From NCBI GenBank assembly GCA_963823915.1, contig CAWGNJ010000005.1, positions 119,105-183,104 on the forward strand: a stretch of DNA of 64,000 bases, written 5' to 3'. The number at the start of each line of letters is the position of its first letter. Positions within the stretch are counted from its first letter, which is position 1. A model generated the notes under the pieces. It made no database searches. It worked only from the letters and a program-made list of their open reading frames with translations, and was not told where the DNA came from. This DNA comes from an uncultured Actinomycetota bacterium (GTDB lineage: Bacteria > Actinomycetota > Acidimicrobiia > Spongiisociales > UBA4744). The position numbers were made by a program, and so were the translations under genes. This document shows positions 43,290 to 52,514 of the stretch, one piece after another.

Positions 43290-45130
43290 ACTTTCTGGCT
43301 CCGGCGGCCCTGGCCCTCGCCGCACTGGCCATTCCGTTGATTGCTCTGTACATGCTGCGTACTCGGCGACACCGCCAGGAAGTGTCGAGCGTGATGTTGT
43401 GGGAGCGGGCCGGGGTAGCGGTCACCTCAGCGGTTCCCTGGCAGCGATTGAAGATCACCCCGCTGCTGATCGCCCAGCTGATTGCTTTGGCATTGTTCGT
43501 GTTGTTGCTGGCCCGTCCCTTCCTGCGGGAGGCATCTCTTCTGGGTCCCCACACCGTGTTTGTGATCGACACTTCCGGTTCGATGGCGATGGGCGACCGA
43601 TTGGAGGAAGCCAAAGAACGCGCTCTCGGTCTGCTCGCGGATGCGTCTTCGACCAACGTCGTTTCGATAGTGGAAGCTGGACCCCAACCGGTCGTCCTAA
43701 CGGCACTGGCCCGTGACCCCGCCGAACTGCGGGACACGGTGGCCGGCCTCGTTCCCAACGGTGGTAGGGAGGACCTGCCCGCCGCCTTGGCCGTGGCCCG
43801 GAGCCTTGCAACACCCGATCGACCCACGCGGATCTTGCTCTTCTCCGACGGAGGCATCCCCGAGCTCTCCACCCTCGAGGAACCTGTCATCGGCGCCGAC
43901 CATCTTCTCTTTGCCGGGTCTGAGGACAATCTGGCCATCACGGCGTTCAGCGGTGAGGCGGCCGACGACGGTCGCGTGCGTCTCTTCGTGGAGGTCTCCA
44001 ACTTTGGTGAGACCGACCGTGAGGTAACGCTCAGAGTCTCAGCCGGATCACAGCCGGCCATCACAGTCCCGCTGTCGATCGTGGCGGGCGGCCGGGCCCG
44101 GGACGGGATGCGGATAGATGCCGAACCCGGTTTGGAGGTACGGGCAACTCTGCAAGACGAATCCGGTGAGCCGCTCGACGATGGGTTGGCACTCGATGAC
44201 ATTGCCTACCTGGTGATCGGGACCGGGCCGGCCCGGGCGGTGGCCACCATCGGGGACGGGTCGATCTTCATGGAGGCGTTGATCGCCTCGGCTGCCGGGT
44301 TTGTCCCCGCCGCTGGTCAAGCCCCGGACGTGATCGTCATTGACGGTGAACCGGCTATCGACCTTCCCGCTCCTGCCTGGCTGATTCGACCCTCCGTTCC
44401 TCCGGCCGGGGTGACCGTCACCGGAACGATTCAGAACACCGCTGCCAGCTTCCAACGCCCGGGCGAACCGTTGCTCGACGACGTGGACCTTTCGTCGCTC
44501 GCCATTGGGGAGGCCGACATTGTTGATGCACCAGGGTGGTTGCCTCTCGTTAAAGCCGGTGAAGTACCCCTCATCTTGCTGGGCGAGATCGACGGCAAGC
44601 GAACGGTGTACTTCACCTTCGATCTCACTCAGTCCAACCTTCCCGTTCAGGTCGCCTTCCCGGTTCTTGGTACTCGCATCCTGCAATTGCTGGGCGGTGC
44701 CGAGGAGGCCTCGCTGACCCCCGAGCCGGCCGGGACTCCGATCGCGCTCGCACCCCCGACGGACTGGGAGACCCGGGTGGCCTTGCCGTCGGGCTCGACG
44801 ATCATCCCTTCCGCCGATGCGGCCCTTTTTGTAGACACGGGCAGTCCCGGTGTCTACCGGGTGACCTATCACGCCGAGGATGGAGCCGTGCGGCCTGGTC
44901 CCATCGCTGTCAGAAAATTCGTGGCAGCAGAGTCGGCTGGAACCTCGAGAGTGATCGAGACTGAACCGATGGCCCTGGCCGCCGCCGAATCGACGGCCGT
45001 CGTCAAGGAATGGGCCCCCTTGCTGATCTCGGCTCTCCTTTTGCTCTTGATAGTCGAGTGGTGGATCGGCCACGGTGCCCCCCGCCCCCGTTTCCGCCGG
45101 GTCCGGCCGACGACGGGGACTCGCCGATGA
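43286..45130 (+). CDS. BatA-type N-terminal TM + VWA domain protein
   Basis: MNFLAPAAL...IPLIALYML, LARP, MIDAS DTSGSM, FSDG. Confidence 0.87.
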   Translation: MNFLAPAALALAALAIPLIALYMLRTRRHRQEVSSVMLWERAGVAVTSAVPWQRLKITPLLIAQLIALALFVLLLARPFLREASLLGPHTVFVIDTSGSMAMGDRLEEAKERALGLLADASSTNVVSIVEAGPQPVVLTALARDPAELRDTVAGLVPNGGREDLPAALAVARSLATPDRPTRILLFSDGGIPELSTLEEPVIGADHLLFAGSEDNLAITAFSGEAADDGRVRLFVEVSNFGETDREVTLRVSAGSQPAITVPLSIVAGGRARDGMRIDAEPGLEVRATLQDESGEPLDDGLALDDIAYLVIGTGPARAVATIGDGSIFMEALIASAAGFVPAAGQAPDVIVIDGEPAIDLPAPAWLIRPSVPPAGVTVTGTIQNTAASFQRPGEPLLDDVDLSSLAIGEADIVDAPGWLPLVKAGEVPLILLGEIDGKRTVYFTFDLTQSNLPVQVAFPVLGTRILQLLGGAEEASLTPEPAGTPIALAPPTDWETRVALPSGSTIIPSADAALFVDTGSPGVYRVTYHAEDGAVRPGPIAVRKFVAAESAGTSRVIETEPMALAAAESTAVVKEWAPLLISALLLLLIVEWWIGHGAPRPRFRRVRPTTGTRR

Positions 45131-47797
45131 GCTGGCCCACCTTCGAGGATCCGTGGTGGTTGGTCCTTCTGATTCCGGCCGTGGCGGCTGTGTTGCTGCT
45201 GGCGAAGGCCGGGACGCCGACCGTTCCCGCCCGGCAACACCGGTGGGCCACCGCCGCGCGCCTGGGAACCTTGGCTCTGGTGATTCTGTCGGCTGCCCAA
45301 CCCACCTTCGCCCTGGACGTTCCCGAGAGGACGGTGCTATTCGTTCTGGATCGTTCTGCTTCCGTCCCCTCCGCAGCTCGTATCGGGCAAGAAGCTTTCG
45401 TGGCGGAGGCTCTCGCGGAGTCTCGTCCCGGAGACGTGACGGGCGTCGCGATCTTTGGTGAAGAGCTCAAAGTGGATACCGCCCTTGCTCAGGACCGCCG
45501 CCCGGAGCCCGTCCGCACCACCGTCAAGGACGGTGCTACTGACCTGGCCGGGGCGCTGCGCTCCGCCGCGGTTCTCCTCCCCACCGAAGGTTCTCGACGA
45601 ATCGTGCTGTTCACCGATGGCGTGGAAACCGAAGGTGACGCCCGCGCCGCGGCTGCCGACCTGGCCGAGCAGGGGATCGCCGTTGATGTTGTGCCCTCGG
45701 TCACGGGCCGCGGACCGGATGCCGTCGCTGAAGGCGTGCGAGTGCCCTCTACGGCCCGGGTGGGCGAGAACATCCAGGCGACGATCGTTGTTCGGGCGAA
45801 CGCCGAAGGTCCGGCTGAGCTGCTCGTCCAGGCCGGCGATGGCGAAGTCGATGTGCTGGACGTCCAGTTGCAGGTCGGGCGTAACGAATTCACCATCGAG
45901 TATCCGGCCCTCGAGTCCGGATTCCTTCGGGTGGGCGCCCGGGTCGTCGCGTCCTTCGATACCCGGGTCGAGAACGACGTTGCCGAGGGTTTGGTGCGGG
46001 TCCTGGGTCCTGCCCAGGTGGCCGTCATCGAGGGGAAACTAGGTGAGGCCGGTGACCTGATTCTGGGACTGCAGGCGGGCGGTTTGGAGGTAGACCTGTT
46101 GGCTTCGATTCCGTCGGACAACGCCCTGCTGTCCTATGACGCAGTGGTCCTGGTCAACCTGCCGGCACCGCCGGCCACCGATGCCGAACGGTTGGCTTCT
46201 TATGTCGAAGACCTGGGGCGGGGCTTGGTGGTGGTGGGCGGCGACCAGGCTTTCGGTCTCGGCCGCTACGAGAACACCGCTTTTGAGGAGCTTCTCCCGG
46301 TCAACAGCAATCCAGATGATCTGGTGCGGCGCCAGAAGGTGGCCGAGGTACTGGTCATCGATACCTCGGGCTCGATGGGTGCTTGTCATGCGCGGGGCGA
46401 CAATTTCGTCGAGGGGGGCATCAACAAGACCGACATCTCTCGGGCCGGTGCCGCAGCAGCTATCGAGGCGCTCACCGGCCAGGACCGGGTCGGGGTGCTG
46501 GCGTTCAGTTCGGGAACCAATTGGGCGATCCCCCTCGGCCCCAAACCCGACGCCGCTTCAGCCGAAACGGCTCTCGGCACTCTGACCCCTCAGGGTGACA
46601 CCGAGATCGCCACCGGGTTGCGGGAAGCACTAACTCAGCTGCAAGGTGCTCAAGAGGAGCTGCGGCACATCGTTCTGTTCACGGACGGTTGGGACCCCAA
46701 TGAGGCCAATCTGCTTCCCATCGCCGGAGAGATCGCCGACAGCGGCATCACCTTGTCGGTGGTCGGTACGGGAGAGGGGGCCGGGACCACACTGCAGCGG
46801 ATGGCCCAACTGGGTGGGGGCCGCTACTACGAAGGGCGGGATCTGGGAGCCATCCCCGAGATCTTCGTCGAGGAGACCTTGACGGTGGCCCGCTCTCTGG
46901 CCCAGGAGGGATCTTTCGTTCCGATCTTGGGGAACCGATCTCAGGTCACAACCGACCTTGAAGCTACCCCACCGCTTTTCGGGTACGTTCTCACCCGGTC
47001 AAAAGCCACCGCCCAACTGCCGTTGCTGATCGGGGAAGACGATCCGCTGCTGGCCTCATGGCAAAGGGGCCTCGGCAGGGTCAGCGCCTGGACCTCCGAT
47101 GCGACCGCTCGTTGGTCGGCCGACTGGCTTCCCTGGGAGGGATACGTCGACTTCTGGGGCAAGGTCGTTGGGGACGTTCTTCCCGCCGGCCGGGAGACTC
47201 CTCCAGATGTCGACGTATCCGGGGGCCTTCTCACGGTCGGTTTCGACGCCGGTGATGTGCCGCTGGATGCGGCGGCAGTGGCGACGGTGCGCAGTCCCGA
47301 TGGCGACGTCCAGAATGGTTCCGTTGCGTCGCACCAGCGGGTCAGAGTTCAGCGGACAGGTTCGGGTATCCGATTCGGGGGCGTACTGGGTGGCCGTGTC
47401 GGTGGAGAATGCCGGCACGACTCTGGCATCGGGCAGTTCCGGCGCCGTGTCCAGCTATGCGGAGGAGTTCTCGTTCCGCGACCCGGATGAGCGGCTCAGC
47501 TCCGATATCGCTTCTCTGACCGGCGGTCGGGTCGACCCCGAGGTGGCCGCGGTGTTCGATCCGGCTCCGGTGACGGGAAAAGCCCGCCGGGTCGTGTGGC
47601 CGTGGTTGGCCGGCGCCGCCCTGCTGTTGTTCATGGCCGACGTGACTCTGCGCAGGCTGGTCTTGACCGGGGCCGTCACTCGCCGATCCGCTCAGCGGGC
47701 CGGAGAGGAACCAGTCGAAGAGGAACCACCCGAGCCGGTCGAACCGCTGGTTGAACGGGAAACGGTGGGAAGGCTGCTGCAGCGGAAGAGGAAGTAG
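45127..47797 (+). CDS. Double-VWA / GATase-like membrane protein; frameshift near 47310
   Basis: DRSAS and DTSGSM MIDAS motifs, FTDG twice, PLLASWQRGLGRVSAWTSD, C-terminal TM helix. Confidence 0.85.
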
Positions 47798-47801
47798 GAC
47801 C

Positions 47802-47995
47802 GGTTTCAGGTTTCAGGTTTCGGGTTTCACGTCACGAGGAACGAGGAACGAAGCAGCAAGCAGCAAGCAGCAAGCGTCAAGCATCAAGCCAGCAGGTCAC
47901 GGAGTTCAGGGTATGAGCTGGCGGGTAGCGGATGGCGGACTGCGGATAGCCCTTCTCCACCCTCCCCCTCACCCCCTCCCGCCGGCGGGAGGGGG
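47802..47995. repeat. Drifting 7-bp array plus REP-like palindrome between convergent genes
   Basis: (GGTTTCA)n, (GGAACGA)n, (AGCAGCA)n..., then CCCCCTCCCGCCGGCGGGAGGGGG. Confidence 0.85.
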
Positions 47996-48019
47996 CAAAC
48001 AAGAGGCATCAAATACCCG

Positions 48020-49036
48020 CTAGGCCGTGCCGGCCGGTTTCCTCGTGAAGGCGATGATGCCGAGCAGCGCAAAGATGGCGCCCAAGACGATCAACGCGTA
48101 AGGCAGGACCGTGCCGAGCCAGAAGAGCTGACCTTTGGCATCCTCGGCGTCGGCCACCGCGTCTGCAACCGAGGCCGCAGTTTGCGCATACTCGAGGTGC
48201 ATCACCTCGGCCAATGGCTGGACCTCACCGACATTCAATGCCACCGACCGCGACTCCATCTTGTTGTAGTCGATGAGCACGCCCGAGTCGGGTTCGACCC
48301 AATACTGGGTCTCATAGGAGTAGGTGTAGGCCAGGGGGATCGGGTCGGGGAGCAGGGGAAGCGCCTGTCCGAGCACGGCCATCATCTCGTCAGGCAAGCC
48401 AAGAGCCGGGACCAGTCCTTCGATGACGGCCTTGGGAAGTGCCGCTGGGAACTGCGACAGGAGCTCCGGATCGGTGATCAGATCAGGTCCCGAGGCGGCT
48501 GTGAAGAAGTAGGTGTCGAGACCTTCGTGCTCTTCTTCTTGTACGAAGCTCAGGGTGTTGGTCTCGCCCGTGTCTCCGTTCCAGCCAATGTAGGCAGCGT
48601 CCTCAGTACCAATCGGGAACCCCACTACGAGGCCTTCCCGGTCAGTCACCCGAGCGTCGTCGGTGAAGTTGTCAATGTGCAACATTGTCTTGCGGTCGAT
48701 CGAGTAGATGTCCTCTGCCTGCTGAAGCGGACCGGCCGGGCCCGACATCACAGCTACGTCGCTGACCAGAGCCTTCTCGCCGTCGACCTCCAGGGTTTTG
48801 ACCTGTCGATCGATTGTCACAGGAACGTCACGCAAGAAGATGTTCGCCAGATCCATACTGGCCAGCGCCTCGGCGTTGAGCATCACACTCAGTTCGCCCT
48901 CATAGGCCCGGGCCGAATCCACGTCGTCCGGGAACTGGGCCATGCCCGGGATGATGACCAATAGGAACACCAGGCCGGCGGCGATCAACAAGATCCCCAA
49001 ACCCAACCAGGTCGATCCGGCTGTTTTGCCTCTCAT
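48020..49036 (-). CDS. DUF3068 / porin-PorA-like protein with two TM anchors
   Basis: YSIDRKT, REGLVVGFP, EEHEGLDTYFF, YWVEPDSG; TM helices at both ends. Confidence 0.72.
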   Translation of the reverse strand: MRGKTAGSTWLGLGILLIAAGLVFLLVIIPGMAQFPDDVDSARAYEGELSVMLNAEALASMDLANIFLRDVPVTIDRQVKTLEVDGEKALVSDVAVMSGPAGPLQQAEDIYSIDRKTMLHIDNFTDDARVTDREGLVVGFPIGTEDAAYIGWNGDTGETNTLSFVQEEEHEGLDTYFFTAASGPDLITDPELLSQFPAALPKAVIEGLVPALGLPDEMMAVLGQALPLLPDPIPLAYTYSYETQYWVEPDSGVLIDYNKMESRSVALNVGEVQPLAEVMHLEYAQTAASVADAVADAEDAKGQLFWLGTVLPYALIVLGAIFALLGIIAFTRKPAGTA

Positions 49037-49348
49037 TTCGAACCCCTCCTCCGCCGCGGCGGCCTAAGACCCGCGATATGCGGTTCTTGGCAATCATGCT
49101 GGATCAGCGATCTCCCCGACCAGGGGCCTATGCCTCTATCGAGGGCCGATCCGTCCCAGGTCGACATCGGAAATGGGCCGTGATCAGGTACGGAACACTC
49201 CGCCAGGATCCGACTGGAGTTGCCGAACACTCAGGGGTCGTTGGCCTCTGGACCTGGGAGCTCGAGGTGCCGAGGATGGTGGTGGCTGCGCAGGAGCTGG
49301 TGTCGGGTTCGGTGAAGGGTGGTCGCAGTACCCAAGGAGGCTGTGACG

Positions 49349-50451
49349 ATGGCGAAGTCGGAGCTTGATAGAGGCCCGTATCGGCCGCTGGAGGATTACT
49401 CGAAACCGGGCTACTACCAGCTGCCTAGTTCTGACGATGCCGTGGACGACGAAAAGTATCGCTGGTTCGACGGCACGTCCTGGAGCGGCCCGAAAGTGTC
49501 GACGTTTTGGAGAGTCATCGGCAGGTTCCTCGTCAGGCTCGGGGCCGGGCCGGAGACCGTGCAGACGCTGGCGATGATGTTCATGGGCGCTGCCGTCATC
49601 GTGGTCATCATCCTGCTGTGGGTCGTGATCGCCGGTCTCGTCTCCGGTGAGCAGAAGGACAACGCAGCAGCCGGCGGTCCGTGTGTCGCTGCTCGAATTC
49701 GATCTTGCGCCCGGCGCACCCGACCCCTGTGCATCCTCCACCACCAACGGAACCAATTCTGCGACCTTTCCCCCGGACGACAGCAGTGAGGAAACCTCTA
49801 TCCCGAACCAGACAACAACTGCTGCAACCCTGCCGCCCGGCACCGGAACGGCAGTCAGTGAGTTCACCACGGGTCGAATAATCGACCCCGGGTCGCTCGA
49901 CTGGGCGACCTCCTACGACTACCAGGTTCTCGACAACCACTTGACGTCTCAGGATATTGCCAGCGAAGACGGCGAAACTGCGAGGCGCTCGGATACGGCG
50001 AAGTGACCGTGCGGCACGCAATACGAGACTGAGCAGTTTCCAGACTCCGACAAGGAGGGGACCGTCCGCAGACTCTTACTGCCGTCACCGTTTCGAGTTT
50101 GTGGGAACTTGGACGGGACAGTCCCGGACTGGTGGAAGAAACGGTCACCTGGACGTGCCCGCCGACCGCCTCGACGTTGAGTACAACGAGTCCACCGTCG
50201 GTACCTATCCTCTCACCGACGGGATCTTCACCGGCCCCGCCCACCCGGCGGGGTTTTCACTGCAACCTACTCGCCAACCACCGGTGAGACTCCTTGGTGA
50301 GGTGACAGTTGACCCATGGGGAGTGTTGGGCTTCCGCGCCGTGGCGCACACTTTTGAGCCCCTAACCACGCCGGGCGCGACACCATATCGACGCTCAGAA
50401 ACGCATCGGGTCAGCCCTCGTGGTCGATCTGACCTCGGTGGCGGACACTGA
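49349..50451 (+). CDS. Hypothetical membrane protein with DUF2510-like N-terminus; frameshifted, 3' end uncertain
   Basis: AAGGAGG RBS; PGYY...RWFDGTSWS; TM helix, then a T/P-rich linker in another frame. Confidence 0.5.
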
Positions 50452-50491
50452 GCTAGCCCGCCATGCGAAGTGAAGCATCGAAGACCGTCAA

Positions 50492-50540
50492 TGGGTGGCC
50501 AGGGGCAGAATCGAACTGCCGACCCCAGGTTTTTCAGACC
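50492..50540 (-). other. 3' half of tRNA-Phe(GAA), interpreted as the att site of the integrated element
   Basis: Minus strand reads GGTCTGAAAAACC-TGGGGTC-GGCAG-TTCGATT-CTGCC-CCTGGCCACCCA (anticodon arm, T arm, acceptor 3' strand); no D arm upstream; 75 bp from the integrase. Confidence 0.88.
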
Positions 50541-50615
50541 TAACATAACCCCAGCTAGACACAACTTTCTGTGCCCTGTTTGTGCTCGAAAAGTGCTCAC
50601 TTCTACAATCCGACC

Positions 50616-51731
50616 GTGAGTCACACGTACAAGTACAAGAAGGATCCCACGAAGAGCGCCAGCCGCAACAACATCGCCTGGCGAGCGGTCTGGAAGGATC
50701 CGGCCGGGCAACGGCAGACCAAGGCCGGCTTCCCGACCAAGGCCGCGGCCGACTGGTTTCTCGAGAACGTCATCGCAGATCTGATCAGCGGCTCCTACAC
50801 CGATCCGAAACGAGCGCTGACCACCTTCGACAGGTTGGCGGAGCGATGGTTCCGCACCCTGCGGGACAAATCGCCGAACACGCTCGCTGGGTACCGATCG
50901 TTGTTGGACGTTCACGTGCTACCACGATGGGGCGCCGTACCCGTCGGCGACATTGACAACCTTGGGCTGGCTGAATGGTTGGCAGAGCTTCCATTGTCAC
51001 TGTCAAGGCGCCGCCAGGCCTTCAGGGTCATCACCGCGGTCCTCCGGGTGGCTATGCGGAACGGCTACATCGCCAAGAACCCATCGGAAGGGATCACCCT
51101 GCCCGAACCACCCAAGCGCGAGCGGTACCTCACTCCCGCCGAGGTGGCCCGGTTGGCCGACGCGCTAGCGCCGGATTACGACGCCCTCGTCCTGGTGATG
51201 GCGTTCGGTGGATTGCGTTGGGGGGAAGCTGTGGCGCTGCGTCGCCGTGACGTCGACGTCGCGCGGGGAAGGCTGATCGTGTCTCGCTCCCTCGTCGAAA
51301 AGCCGGGCGGCGGGTTCCTGTTCAAGGGTACGAAGACTGAGCGGGCGCGAACAGTCGCCCTGCCTCCCGGCGTGGTCGATCGATTGGTCCGGCACCTCTC
51401 AGGAGTTCCGGACGACCAAGAGACGCTGGTGTTCACTTCATCGCAGGGCCGTCCGCTGCGCAGGTCGAATTTCAACCGCCGGTACTGGCAACCGGCCCTT
51501 TCCCGGGCTGGGCTCGAGAGTGTCACTCCCCACGATCTTCGACATACGTCCGTTGCTTTCCTTATCGCTGCGGGGGCGCCGGCCCTGCAGGTTCAGACGC
51601 ACGCCGGACATGGATCCGCACGGGTCACGCTTGATCGCTACGGGCACCTCTTCCCCGATGCCTTCGACACGACGCGAGCACTGTTGGAGAAGCTGTTCCA
51701 GGAAGGAGCTGCTGAGCTCGAGCCTAGGTAG
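50616..51731 (+). CDS. int: Tyrosine recombinase / site-specific integrase
   Basis: GLRWGEAVAL (R), HDLRH, GH, TLDRYGHL (Y); N-terminal arm-binding-type WKDPAGQRQTKAGFPTK. Confidence 0.93.
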   Translation: MSHTYKYKKDPTKSASRNNIAWRAVWKDPAGQRQTKAGFPTKAAADWFLENVIADLISGSYTDPKRALTTFDRLAERWFRTLRDKSPNTLAGYRSLLDVHVLPRWGAVPVGDIDNLGLAEWLAELPLSLSRRRQAFRVITAVLRVAMRNGYIAKNPSEGITLPEPPKRERYLTPAEVARLADALAPDYDALVLVMAFGGLRWGEAVALRRRDVDVARGRLIVSRSLVEKPGGGFLFKGTKTERARTVALPPGVVDRLVRHLSGVPDDQETLVFTSSQGRPLRRSNFNRRYWQPALSRAGLESVTPHDLRHTSVAFLIAAGAPALQVQTHAGHGSARVTLDRYGHLFPDAFDTTRALLEKLFQEGAAELEPR

Positions 51732-51746
51732 GTGAATCCTGCGGGG

Positions 51747-51938
51747 TCAGCCAGTGCGTTCGCTGATCCGGCCTCTGATCCAAAGCTCGACGTCGGCCCA
51801 TCGGTAGCGAATATGCCTTCCCACCCGGAAGCCGGGGGGTCCTTCTCCGCGGTGGCGCCAGGCGTAGATGGTTGCGATGGGGACTTCGAGGTAGTCGGCG
51901 AGTTGTTGGGCTGAGAGCAGCGGTTCGAGGTTGTTCAT
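51747..51938 (-). CDS. xis: Excisionase-like helix-turn-helix protein
   Basis: LLSAQQLADYLEVPIATIYAWRHRGEGPPGFRVGRHIRY; next to the integrase. Confidence 0.85.
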   Translation of the reverse strand: MNNLEPLLSAQQLADYLEVPIATIYAWRHRGEGPPGFRVGRHIRYRWADVELWIRGRISERTG

Positions 51939-51980
51939 TCCCCAACTTTGGGTTGGGACCCTGTTATTTGGATGTTATTT

Positions 51981-52132
51981 GAGTGTCAGCAGCCCTTTCA
52001 TTCGGATTCTATTTCGGTTGTTTCCCCTGCTCAGAGTGCCTTTTTGGAGATGTTCGAGATCGGTGCAAAACGGGCAACTATGAGATGGTCGGCGATCAGG
52101 TTGGAGGGTTCCTGACAGGGCTACTGACACTC
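51981..52132. repeat. 16-bp inverted repeat pair in the xis-relaxase spacer
   Basis: GAGTGTCAGCAGCCCT (51981-51996) versus AGGGCTACTGACACTC (52117-52132), 15/16 complementary. Confidence 0.7.
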
Positions 52133-52514
52133 TGCTGAAAGGGTGGTCGTGTCTAGTAGCCGACATGGAACCTGTTGGCAGCGTCGATAACAGCGAAGAT
52201 CGGAACCGCATCGCAGGTGTGGCCGGCGTTGGGTCGGGCCCGGGGATCTCGTTCTCCGAGACGCGGCCGGCGACGATGCCGGACTCGGATCACGAACCGT
52301 TCGAAGCAACCACCGACCACCATCTCGGCTCCTCAAAAGCCCCTGAACCAGAGACCACCCGATCCGCAACAGCCACGATCCATCGAGACCCCCATCGCAT
52401 CAACCATGCCGCCTCCACCCAGGTTGCTGCCCTCTCGACCGATCGTCTTGTTCGACACACGCATCTGCAACGAGTTGCTCCATGTATACCAGCTACCGCT
52501 CGTGGGGGTGGGCG

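Noticed and set aside
39226-45073. Long antisense ORFs such as 39226..40773, 42733..44202 and 44048..45073
   Set aside because: Shadows of well-supported plus-strand genes in GC-rich DNA.
50492-50570. Complete tRNA-Phe gene
   Set aside because: The 5' acceptor strand and D arm are missing; only the 3' half is present.
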